Below, piece after piece: positions 19,884-28,592 of a stretch of DNA of 64,000 bases. Positions within the stretch are counted from its first letter, which is position 1; each line of letters opens with the position of its first letter. Location of the stretch: assembly GCA_965601925.1 (NCBI GenBank), contig OZ271854.1, forward strand, positions 4,672,001 to 4,736,000, given 5' to 3'. The notes under the pieces were generated by a model. That model did no database searches and was not told where the DNA came from. It saw nothing but the letters and a program-made list of their open reading frames with translations. Made by a program: the position numbers and the translations under genes. Source of the DNA: Alkalispirochaeta sp. Lineage in GTDB: Bacteria; Spirochaetota; Spirochaetia; DSM-27196; Alkalispirochaetaceae.

Positions 19884-20612
19884 TTATCTGGTCAGCGTCA
19901 TGTTGACCGAGTATCGATCTCCCCTGTTGTAGCAAAACGCAAACTCGACGGGCGTCCCGTCGGCGGCGAATACGGTTCTCCGCTTGTAGAGGACCGGCTC
20001 CCCCTCTTCCATCTCCAATAGCTGCGCGACCTCACCCTCAGCGGAGATCGCCTCGATCCGTTGGACGGCGCGCTTGATACGATGACCGTGGTGCTCAAGA
20101 GCCTGCCAGCTCATCTTCGACCGCACGTCCTCGTGGAGCAGCTGCGGGCAGAGGCGATGGGGCACGAACTCGTCGTGCAACGTGATGGGTGCACCGTCGG
20201 CCAAACGGAGCGTTCTGATATAGATGACCGGATCACCGACGGCGAGTCCGAGCTCACGGGCCACGGTAGGTCGCGATTCCACGACATCCTGCCTGAGCAC
20301 GCGAACTTCGGCGTCAAAGCCCTCACTGACTGCGGAATCGAAGAAGGTCGATAGTCGATTGTGGTCGCGCTCGATATGGGGACGGGATACAAAGGTACCC
20401 ACACCGCGGCGGCGGTAGATAAGCCCTTCGTCGATTAACTCGGAAATACTGTTGCGCAGCGTCATGCGGCTGACACCGAAGCGCGTTGCCAGCTCGTCCT
20501 CGGACGGCAGCTTGTCGCCCGGCTTCAGTGCGCCGGTTTCGATCTCTTCGCGCAACGTCTCCCGTATTCGAACGTAAAGCGCGACGCCGTCTGCGTCGGC
20601 AAGCATACTCAT
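19884..20612 (-). CDS. GntR/HutC-family regulator (UTRA)
   Basis: 'LPSEDELATRFGVSRMTLR', 'RRRGVGTFV', UTRA-type C-terminus. Confidence 0.94.
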   Translation of the reverse strand: MSMLADADGVALYVRIRETLREEIETGALKPGDKLPSEDELATRFGVSRMTLRNSISELIDEGLIYRRRGVGTFVSRPHIERDHNRLSTFFDSAVSEGFDAEVRVLRQDVVESRPTVARELGLAVGDPVIYIRTLRLADGAPITLHDEFVPHRLCPQLLHEDVRSKMSWQALEHHGHRIKRAVQRIEAISAEGEVAQLLEMEEGEPVLYKRRTVFAADGTPVEFAFCYNRGDRYSVNMTLTR

Positions 20613-20689
20613 CGGTGGGTTGCCCTCCTCGTCCCGTTGCGTACTTCCCCATCAGTCTACCATCGGGGGTATCAGAACGCAAGAAGAAG

Positions 20690-20734
20690 TATAGACGTCT
20701 TTATATCAACAAAGTATACGAATAGACATCTATA
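20690..20734. promoter_or_regulatory. Paired candidate GntR operators in the AT-rich promoter
   Basis: Near-palindromic ATAGACGTCTTTA (20691) and ATAGACATCTATA (20722), 31 bp apart, overlapping minus-strand TATACT boxes. Confidence 0.6.
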
Positions 20735-21136
20735 ATAAAACAAAGAGATGGGTATACCTCGCAGGTCGTCACCTACGTATTCCCGAGAGTGAGATGAAGA
20801 ATGACTCGTGAACTGGGGAGACAGCTTAAAAAGGTGGTGCGTACTAACGGTCGGCGTCCGAACGCGCGCCGCGCCGATTTACCATCACCGTCATATTGGA
20901 GGTGAAAGTTCTTCCGGGGCACCACAGGTGCTGCGTCGAGTCCCACGCTCGCCTCGTCTTGCGTGGCGACATCGCTTTCCCAACGACTCCGTTTGGCGCC
21001 GGTGGCCATCGTTCATACCGCCGCAGCTCGGCGGCGTCGGACACGAGAGCGAGTCGACTTTTCCGTACCGGCGACGGCGGGCGCAATACGCTGCGTACCG
21101 TCCGAGAGCATAGTACGGCGCAAGCGGGGAGGAGCC

Positions 21137-22048
21137 TTAGGGAGTCTTGGAGCTCCGAAAAGCCGCAAGTTCGGCGGCCGACGGGAGGGAAGGCTGTGCC
21201 CCGAGTTTGGTGACCGCAAACGTACCCGCCGCCATGGCAAACGGAATGGCGTCGCCCAGCGAATCTCCCCTCGTCAGCCTTCCGGCGAGGGCGCCGTTAA
21301 AGGCGTCACCGGCCGCCGTTGCGTCCACCGCCTCGACCTGCGCCGGTGCAAACCGCTTCATGCCGTTCTCGTCGGCGAGAAGCGCACCGTGTTCTCCAAG
21401 GGTAATCACCACCGCCTTCACGCCTCGACCGAGAAGTCGTTTGGCGGCCGTTTCGGGATCCGCTTCGCCGGTGAGTACCTCGGCCTCCGTCTCGTTGGGC
21501 GTGAGCACATCGACCGACGCGAGGAGGTCGTCGCTCAACGCGTACGCCGGGGCGGGATTGAGTATTGTGACGGCTCCGGCGGCTCGTCCCCGGCGGAGAG
21601 CGGCGGAGGCGACCTCCATCGAGGTCTCCAGCTGCAGGAGGACGACCGCCGCCCGGTCGAACAACCGGTCGTGGGTGCGCAACGTATCAACGGATACATT
21701 CGTGTTGGCGCCGGGAACGACGACGATCGTGTTCTGGCCCCCCTCCTCTATCGTGATGAGGGCGATTCCGGACGGTCCGTCCGCCGCTACGACACTGTCG
21801 ACGGAAATCCCTTCGCGCGCGAGTCCTGCGGACAAGACGGGGCCGTACTCATCCCTCCCGACCGCGCCCACCATCGTTACGCGGAACCCCAGCCTGGCCG
21901 CGGCTACCGCTTGATTCGCCCCTTTACCGCCCGCGGCGGTGCTGAAACGGCGGGCGTGAATCGTCTGCCCCGCCGAGGGAAGCGCCGCGACTTGGGCGTT
22001 CAGATCCATATTGATACTACCGACTACCAGAACATCGATTTGCTTCAT
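21137..22048 (-). CDS. rbsK: Ribokinase
   Basis: 'VVGSINMD', 'GGKGANQAVAAARLG', 'TPNETE', 'DATAAGDAF'. Confidence 0.95.
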   Translation of the reverse strand: MKQIDVLVVGSINMDLNAQVAALPSAGQTIHARRFSTAAGGKGANQAVAAARLGFRVTMVGAVGRDEYGPVLSAGLAREGISVDSVVAADGPSGIALITIEEGGQNTIVVVPGANTNVSVDTLRTHDRLFDRAAVVLLQLETSMEVASAALRRGRAAGAVTILNPAPAYALSDDLLASVDVLTPNETEAEVLTGEADPETAAKRLLGRGVKAVVITLGEHGALLADENGMKRFAPAQVEAVDATAAGDAFNGALAGRLTRGDSLGDAIPFAMAAGTFAVTKLGAQPSLPSAAELAAFRSSKTP

Positions 22049-22115
22049 GCGTACTACCTTGCCGGCATCGACTCCCGACGGGACGCACAGTCCCGCCGGA
22101 TCGAATGAGAAACCG

Positions 22116-23012
22116 CTACCGGGTAATCAACTCCAACGCGACGGGAATGTACTCCTCGGTCGTCTCCCCCGCGATGATCCGTACTGCGGCTTGCACACCC
22201 GAGGCACCGATAAGTCTCGGCTGCTGGGCGACCGTAGCGGCCATGTCGCCGCCGGCGACCGCAGTTCTGGCATCGTCGGTGGCGTCGAATCCGACGATGA
22301 CGATGTCGCGCCCCGATGCTTGTACGGCGCGCAGCGCACCGAGCGCCATCTCGTCGTTGTGGGCGAATACTGCGTCGATCGCCGTCTGCGCCTGAAGAAT
22401 GTTTTCCATCACTTCGAGTCCGCGGGCGCGATCGAAGTCCGCGGCCTGACGGGCAACCACTTCAAGTCCCGAACTCGCAAGGGCCTCGTTGAATCCGGCT
22501 CCGCGGTCTCGCGCGGCGGAGGTGCCGGGGATTCCCTCCAACTCGACGACCGCGCCGCTTCCACCGAGAAGCTCTATGATGAACTCACCCGCCATGACGC
22601 CGCCGGCTACGTTGTCCGAGGCGATGTGCGTGACTACTTCACCCGAGGATGCGGCTCTGTCCAGAGTCACGACCGGGACGCCCGCCTCGTTGGCGAGACG
22701 AATCGCACTTCCGACCGCATCGGAATCGGCGGGGTTGATGAGGATAACATCCACCCCTTGAGTTACGAGATCCTCGACGTTACCGAGCTCGCGCGCCGCG
22801 TCGTTCTGAGAATCGAGAACGAGCAACTCGATTCCCGCACCGTCGGCCTCTTCCTGGGCGCCGTCGCGCAGATCGACGAAAAAGGGATTGTTGAGGGTCG
22901 ATACAACCAACCCTACTCGCGCCTCGTCCGAGGCCTCCTCCGATTGTCCGCCGGCAAACGCAGCGGCTGCGATCATCACGATCGCCATACCCATTAAACT
23001 GAATCGTTTCAT
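22116..23012 (-). CDS. rbsB: Ribose ABC binding protein
   Basis: 'STLNNPFF', 'ASDNVAGG', 'FAHNDEMALGA', 'VGFD', 'ATVAQQP'. Confidence 0.93.
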   Translation of the reverse strand: MKRFSLMGMAIVMIAAAAFAGGQSEEASDEARVGLVVSTLNNPFFVDLRDGAQEEADGAGIELLVLDSQNDAARELGNVEDLVTQGVDVILINPADSDAVGSAIRLANEAGVPVVTLDRAASSGEVVTHIASDNVAGGVMAGEFIIELLGGSGAVVELEGIPGTSAARDRGAGFNEALASSGLEVVARQAADFDRARGLEVMENILQAQTAIDAVFAHNDEMALGALRAVQASGRDIVIVGFDATDDARTAVAGGDMAATVAQQPRLIGASGVQAAVRIIAGETTEEYIPVALELITR

Positions 23013-23052
23013 GACTACACTCCTTTGTCTTTTTCCGGCAACGCCGGTTTTG

Positions 23053-24003
23053 TTATCGATTACGACGGTCCAAGAGAACCGCGATCAGAATGACCGCCCC
23101 CTTCGCGATCATCTGGTAGTACGAGGAGACGTTGAGCAGATTGAGGGAGTTGTTGAGCACGCCGATGACCAACGCCCCCAGAATCGTGCCGCCGATACTC
23201 CCCACACCTCCCGCCAGGCTCGTCCCGCCCAACACGACCGCGGCAATGGCGTCCAGCTCATACCCCGACCCGGCCGTGGGCTGCGCCGAGGTCAATCGGC
23301 TGGTAATAATCACTCCGGCGAGGGCGGCGAGTGCTCCGCTTACCGCGTATACTCCGGTCTTGACCCGCTCGACGCGCAGGCCCGAGAGACGCGCCGCCTC
23401 CTCGTTCCCACCGATCGCGTAGACGTATCGACCGAAGCGCGTGTGGCGAAGCACGTAGTATCCGAGACCGAACACCACGGCCATGATGTATACCGGTACG
23501 GGAATACCGAGAAGACGCCCGTTTCCGAGCCAGAGGAAGCTCGGTGCGGCCTCGGCAAAGTTGATGGTGATGGGTCGCCCGTCGGTGAACACCAATGTGG
23601 CCCCCCGTAACAGCGTCATGCCGGCCAGCGTCGCGATGAACGGTTGAACCTTACCCTTGGTTATGACGAATCCCGATGCGGCGCCCGACAGGACACCGAC
23701 TACCAGGGAAATGAGAAGCACCGACAGCGCCCCGCGCCCGTTCACGGCCGCCGCAGCGCCCATAGCGCCGGCAAACGCCATGACCGACCCAACCGAAAGA
23801 TCGATACCGCCGGTTAAGATGACGAAGGTCATACCCGCGGCGATAACGGCATTGATGGAGGTCTGTCGAAGCACATTGAGGATGTTGGGCCCGGTAAGAA
23901 ACCGCGGGCTCAATAGAGCGGCGACGACGCTCAAGAACACGAGCCCGAGAAAGGGCTGGAGCCGTTGCACAATACGCTTTGTTCTATCTTCAGTTATCAT
24001 CAT
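23053..24003 (-). CDS. rbsC: Ribose ABC permease
   Basis: 'GGIDLSVGS', 'GGNEEAARLSG', 'YELDAIAAVVLGGTSL'. Confidence 0.94.
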   Translation of the reverse strand: MMITEDRTKRIVQRLQPFLGLVFLSVVAALLSPRFLTGPNILNVLRQTSINAVIAAGMTFVILTGGIDLSVGSVMAFAGAMGAAAAVNGRGALSVLLISLVVGVLSGAASGFVITKGKVQPFIATLAGMTLLRGATLVFTDGRPITINFAEAAPSFLWLGNGRLLGIPVPVYIMAVVFGLGYYVLRHTRFGRYVYAIGGNEEAARLSGLRVERVKTGVYAVSGALAALAGVIITSRLTSAQPTAGSGYELDAIAAVVLGGTSLAGGVGSIGGTILGALVIGVLNNSLNLLNVSSYYQMIAKGAVILIAVLLDRRNR

Positions 24004-25510
24004 CGTTCCTACTGTGGGCCACGGCGGCCGCCATAACCGCCTCGGCGTTCATCGCATCTCGTTCGAAGTGCTCCACAACGGTTCCTCCCGCCATAACGAG
24101 GAGTCGATCGCTCAAGCCGAGTACTTCCGGGAGATCGCTGGAGATAAGGATGATGGCGACGCCATCGCGCTTCAAACTAAGAATGTGGCGGTATATCTCG
24201 CGTTTGGCCCCGACATCGATACCCCGCGTCGGTTCGTCGAGTATGAGCACCGCGGGCTCGCTCATGAGCCCTTTCGCGATGGAGACTTTCTGCTGGTTAC
24301 CGCCGCTTAACAGACGCACGATCTGTTCTCGATGCGGTGTGCGAATCGCCAACTTTTCGATGAGCGCCTGCGTCTCCTCACCCTCCAGCCGATGGAGCAG
24401 GCGAAACACGGAGCCGACGAAGGCACCGAGACTCGATAGCGTGATGTTGTGGGTTACGCTCATCCCGAGAACGAGCCCCTCCCCTTTGCGATCCTCGGAG
24501 ACATAAAAGATACCGTGCTCGATGGCGTCTTTCGGGTGGCGAATCGTCTGCGGTCGCCCCGCAATCGATACCGTGCCGGTCGTAAACGGCGTGCGACCGA
24601 AGATCGACTTCGCGAGTTCCGTCCGTCCGGCGCCCATGAGTCCGGCGACGCCCAATACCTCGCCTTTGCGAAGACCGAAGGTCACGTCGTGCACGAACGC
24701 GTTCGACGCACCCTCGACGCGCAGCACCTCATCGCCGGGGGAGGCCGGGTGATACGGATACTGTTCGTCGATCGACCTACCGACCATATCCTTGATGATT
24801 TCGTTTTCCGTCAGCCCTGCGACCGGCCTCGTAGAGATAAACTCGCCGTCGCGCAGTACCGTAACGCGATCGCACAGCCGAAAAATTTCCGGCAAACGAT
24901 GCGATATGTATACGATACCGGCACCCGCTGAGCGAAGCGCGTCGATTACCGAAAACAGATGGTCGGATTCGGTGTCGTTCAACGCGTCGGTCGGCTCGTC
25001 CATCACAATGACTCGGGCATCGAGCGTCAACGCTTTGGCAATTTCGACCATTTGCTGCTGCGCGATGCTGAGGTCCCCCAGACGCGTAGTCGGCGAAATG
25101 GAGACTCCCAGACGATCGAGGACGCGACGGGTATCGCGGAACAACACATTGCGATCGATCCGCACACGATGTCGCACAGGCTCGCGACCGAGAAACATGT
25201 TCTCCGCTACGGTCATATCGGAAACGAGATTCAGCTCCTGGTGAATAATTGCGATACCGTCCCCTTGCGCCTCTCTGGGGGAGGTGTAGTGAACCTCGCG
25301 TCCGCACAGTGTGACCGTACCTTCGTCCGGTCGATACACTCCGCAGAGGATCTTCATGAGCGTCGATTTGCCGGCGCCGTTCTCTCCGACGAGGGCGTGC
25401 ACTTCGCCGCGGTCGAGTTCGAAATGCACGTCCTCGAGGGCGCGTACACCGGGAAAGGACTTGCCGATTCCCCGCATACGCAAAAGCGGTTCCGTGCCGG
25501 AAACGTTCAA
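23990..25510 (-). CDS. rbsA: Ribose ABC ATPase (duplicated NBD)
   Basis: 'GENGAGKST', 'LSGGNQQKV', 'DEPTRGIDVGAK'; probable TTG start overlapping the rbsD stop. Confidence 0.93.
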   Translation of the reverse strand: MNVSGTEPLLRMRGIGKSFPGVRALEDVHFELDRGEVHALVGENGAGKSTLMKILCGVYRPDEGTVTLCGREVHYTSPREAQGDGIAIIHQELNLVSDMTVAENMFLGREPVRHRVRIDRNVLFRDTRRVLDRLGVSISPTTRLGDLSIAQQQMVEIAKALTLDARVIVMDEPTDALNDTESDHLFSVIDALRSAGAGIVYISHRLPEIFRLCDRVTVLRDGEFISTRPVAGLTENEIIKDMVGRSIDEQYPYHPASPGDEVLRVEGASNAFVHDVTFGLRKGEVLGVAGLMGAGRTELAKSIFGRTPFTTGTVSIAGRPQTIRHPKDAIEHGIFYVSEDRKGEGLVLGMSVTHNITLSSLGAFVGSVFRLLHRLEGEETQALIEKLAIRTPHREQIVRLLSGGNQQKVSIAKGLMSEPAVLILDEPTRGIDVGAKREIYRHILSLKRDGVAIILISSDLPEVLGLSDRLLVMAGGTVVEHFERDAMNAEAVMAAAVAHSRNDDDN

Positions 25511-25902
25511 AAGACGACTCCCGAGTACAGGATGATGTTGGCGTATGGAGAGCACTCGCCGGTCCGTACGATTGCACGACACGAATGGGTCGATGCTTTG
25601 AACACTTCATGCGCTACGGTCTCGATGGGGCGATTATGCAGGAGCCGATGGATGCCGTCGAATACCGGGCCGCGCCGCTGTTCAAGCTCCGATGCTACGA
25701 CGGCCCGTTCGACCGCAAGCTCCTGGAGCACCGTCTCGAGTACCGAGAGAAACGGTGGCTCGCTGCACCTCAGGGCGAGGTCGATGCGCGGTACTTCAGC
25801 GGGTATCGGGAGTCCGGCATCGCAAATCACCAACCCGTCGGTGTGACCCATCTCGGCGATTACCCGTGAGAGCTCAGCGTTGAGCACGCTACCCTTCTTC
25901 AA
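25507..25902 (-). CDS. rbsD: D-ribose pyranase
   Basis: 'MGHTD..ICDAGLPIP', 'RTGECSPYANIIL.SGVVF'; SD GAGGTG. Confidence 0.95.
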   Translation of the reverse strand: MKKGSVLNAELSRVIAEMGHTDGLVICDAGLPIPAEVPRIDLALRCSEPPFLSVLETVLQELAVERAVVASELEQRRGPVFDGIHRLLHNRPIETVAHEVFKASTHSCRAIVRTGECSPYANIILYSGVVF

Positions 25903-25916
25903 TCGATCACCTCTTT

Positions 25917-25980
25917 AGTAAAATCTTTACTTATCTTTATCAAACACAATCAGCGTAAACCGAGATGTTCACGCTGTCAA
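25917..25980 (-). promoter_or_regulatory. rbs promoter with LacI/RbsR-type operator
   Basis: TTGACA(25980)-N17-TACGCT; palindrome AGTAAA-ATC-TTTACT at 25917-25931. Confidence 0.7.
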
Positions 25981-26027
25981 CGAGGAATTCCAGTCCGTTC
26001 AACGGTATTCAGTGAACAAGCGTAAAA

Positions 26028-26056
26028 TTGACGAAATCGGCGACGAGCCGTAGGAT
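26028..26056 (+). promoter_or_regulatory. Promoter (probably leaderless) of the LacI regulator
   Basis: TTGACG-N17-TAGGAT-N6-GTG 26063; no SD. Confidence 0.65.
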
Positions 26057-26062
26057 AGCGAA

Positions 26063-27094
26063 GTGGCGACGAGAATTATCGATATTGCGCGGGCGGCCGA
26101 TGTCTCTTCGGCAACGGTGTCTCTCGTACTGAACAACAAGGGAAACGTGAGCCGAGACGTACGCCTCCGCGTTTTGGCCGAGGCCAAACGTCTCGATTAC
26201 GATATGAGCCGTATTCGAGGAGGAGCCGTCTCGGGCGTCATTCAGTTCATCAAGATCGCAAAACACGGCCATATCCTCAACCGGAGACACAATGAGTTCG
26301 TTTCGGACTACATTTTGGGGGTGGAAAGCCGCGCTCGCGAGGCCGGGTTTTCGGTAGAAGTGCTTTTTCACGAGGATCTCGACGGGGCGACGGCGGCCGT
26401 CGAGGACGGTGAGCCGACGGGTCTCGTTTTGCTGGCTACGGAACTGGATCGAACGGATCTTGAAGTTATAGCCGCCGCGCCCGTTCCGACCGTCGCGATC
26501 GACGCCGCATACTCCATGGTTTCGCTCGATTTCGTCGACATGGATAACCAGGACTCGGTCTTCCAGATCATCGAGCATCTCGTTGCCGCGGGTCACAGCG
26601 CGGTCGGAATGGTTCGGGGAACCTACTCGACGCCCAACTTTCGAGCACGTGAGCAGGCGTATTGGGAGGCGCGTGAGCTATTCAATCTGCCCGACGACGG
26701 AGACGAGGCGATATTCTCCGTCGATTCGACATTCGAGGGATCGTACCGCGACATGGCCGAGGCGCTGTCGCATGTCCGCAGTGTTCCCACGGCACTCTTC
26801 TGCCTCAACGACGTGATCGCATTCGGCGTTATGCACGCCCTGCGAGATGCGGGACTCAAGATCCCGACGGATGTATCGGTAGTCGGGTTCGATAATCTCC
26901 AGGCGAGTAACTACAGCGCGCCGCCGCTTACCTCGATTGAGGTACCGAAGACACAGATCGGCGCGCGGGCGGTCGATACCCTCGTCGCGCGCATTAACGC
27001 TCCGGCGGCGCCGTTCATCACGACATTGGTACGTGGGCAGTTGGTATCGAGATCGAGCGTGGCCGCCCCCCTACGCCACGTCACGGGGAGGTAG
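26063..27094 (+). CDS. LacI-family regulator divergent from rbs
   Basis: 'IIDIARAADVSSATVSLVLN', 'VSVVGFDN', 'PPLTSI'. Confidence 0.93.
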   Translation: MATRIIDIARAADVSSATVSLVLNNKGNVSRDVRLRVLAEAKRLDYDMSRIRGGAVSGVIQFIKIAKHGHILNRRHNEFVSDYILGVESRAREAGFSVEVLFHEDLDGATAAVEDGEPTGLVLLATELDRTDLEVIAAAPVPTVAIDAAYSMVSLDFVDMDNQDSVFQIIEHLVAAGHSAVGMVRGTYSTPNFRAREQAYWEARELFNLPDDGDEAIFSVDSTFEGSYRDMAEALSHVRSVPTALFCLNDVIAFGVMHALRDAGLKIPTDVSVVGFDNLQASNYSAPPLTSIEVPKTQIGARAVDTLVARINAPAAPFITTLVRGQLVSRSSVAAPLRHVTGR

Positions 27095-27179
27095 CCTTTG
27101 TGTGAGGCACTTCCAACGACTCGTCTTGCGCGCTAAAGGCGGGACACTGAACCTGTGTTGATTCCCGAGACGCGGCGCG

Positions 27180-28274
27180 TTATCGAACGACTTTCCGATT
27201 GCGCGTGCGCTGAAACTCTTCTATCGAAAGCGCTATCAACCGGTCGAGGAGTTCGGTATAGCCGATTCCCGACGCCTCCCACAACTTGGGGTACATGCTG
27301 TTCTTCGTGAAACCGGGGATGGTGTTGACCTCGTTGACGTAGATATCGAGCGTGGGGGTGAGAAACATATCGATGCGTGCCATACCGCGCACCTCCAAGG
27401 TGCCGAAGGCCGCGAGCGCAGTCTGTTCGAGACGTCGTTCTACCCCCTCCTCCACGGCGGCCGGGATAATGAGGGTCGCCCCGTTTTCGTCGATGTATTT
27501 TTTCTCGTAGGTGTAAAATCCGTCGTCGGTCACGACTTCGCCGGGAACGGAGACGCGCGGGTGCCGGTTACCCAGGACGGCGCATTCGATCTCCCGCCCG
27601 ACGATCGCTCGCTCGACGAGCACCTTATCGTCGAACGCAAAAGCAGCCGTAAGACTCGTCTTCAACTCGCCGTGCGATCCGGCGCGCGATACGCCGACCG
27701 AGGAGCCGAGATTTGCCGGTTTGACGAACACCGGATACCCGAGGTCGACCCCGATGCGCTCGATTACGGCCGTGTCGACCTCGTCGCGGCGCACGACTCG
27801 ATACGGGGCGACGTCGAGTCCGGCATCGCGCAGGAGACGCTTGGCGACATCCTTATCCATCGAGACGGCCGATCCGAGAGTACCGGCGCCGACGCACGGT
27901 ATTCCGGCCAGTCGTGCGAGTCCTTGTATCGAGCCGTCCTCTCCTTCGGGGCCGTGGAGAACCGGAAAGATGACGTCGATCCGACGCGCCTCGCCGCCGG
28001 AAAGCCGCATCAGCGATCCTGCGTCACCGCCGGAGACGAACGAGACCGGAGTACCGCTCTGATTGAGGCGCACGAGATCGGTATCCGTCTTCTCGAGTAG
28101 AGCCGCCGACCGGTCGTTGAGAAACCACGTCCCGTCTCTGTCGATCCCGATGAGAACCGGGTCGTACTTCGTCGTATCCAATGCCGACAGAACATTTCTT
28201 GCTGAAAGAATCGAGACTTCGTGCTCCGCCGATCGTCCCCCGAAAAGTACCGCTACCGTGCGCCTCATTCCCAT
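27180..28274 (-). CDS. ddl: D-alanine--D-alanine ligase
   Basis: 'LFGGRSAEHEVSI', 'LHGPEGEDGSIQG', 'KPANLGSSVG', 'YEKKY', 'NEVNTIPGFT..SMYP'; start set at ATG 28274. Confidence 0.95.
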   Translation of the reverse strand: MGMRRTVAVLFGGRSAEHEVSILSARNVLSALDTTKYDPVLIGIDRDGTWFLNDRSAALLEKTDTDLVRLNQSGTPVSFVSGGDAGSLMRLSGGEARRIDVIFPVLHGPEGEDGSIQGLARLAGIPCVGAGTLGSAVSMDKDVAKRLLRDAGLDVAPYRVVRRDEVDTAVIERIGVDLGYPVFVKPANLGSSVGVSRAGSHGELKTSLTAAFAFDDKVLVERAIVGREIECAVLGNRHPRVSVPGEVVTDDGFYTYEKKYIDENGATLIIPAAVEEGVERRLEQTALAAFGTLEVRGMARIDMFLTPTLDIYVNEVNTIPGFTKNSMYPKLWEASGIGYTELLDRLIALSIEEFQRTRNRKVVR

Positions 28275-28524
28275 CGGACCTTCCTGCTCATGTTCAGTTT
28301 CCCACACATTCGAACAAAGAATAGTGTCAGCAACCTTGTTGAAGCAGTCAGTGTAATCGCTCCTCCGTGAATTGACTATCGACAACATACACCGCGGGGT
28401 CGCAACCGAACGATGCTCGAGTCGTGTGTCTCCCGTCCCGACGACATCGCGTCGCCGGTCGTCTACCGGCTTGTTGAAACCGCGCATGGACTCGGCCGCG
28501 AGGCAACACAGGTGCGACGGAATC

Positions 28525-28567
28525 ATACTGTGTCCCATACAGCATCACAAAACCGTTGCTGTTTCCC
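28525..28567. promoter_or_regulatory. Candidate MocR-regulator sites
   Basis: Inverted repeat ATACTGT-N7-ACAGCAT plus related direct copy TTGCTGTTTCCC 31 bp downstream. Confidence 0.5.
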
Positions 28568-28592
28568 CGATCAAAATGAGATTATATCCTCC

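Noticed and set aside
27180..28274. Van-type D-Ala-D-Lac ligase
   Set aside because: The omega loop reads YEKKY as in D-Ala-D-Ala ligases; no vanH/X/R/S nearby
28275..28520. Riboswitch in the ddl leader
   Set aside because: No conserved core of the glycine, SAM, ZTP, TPP, FMN or cobalamin classes recognised
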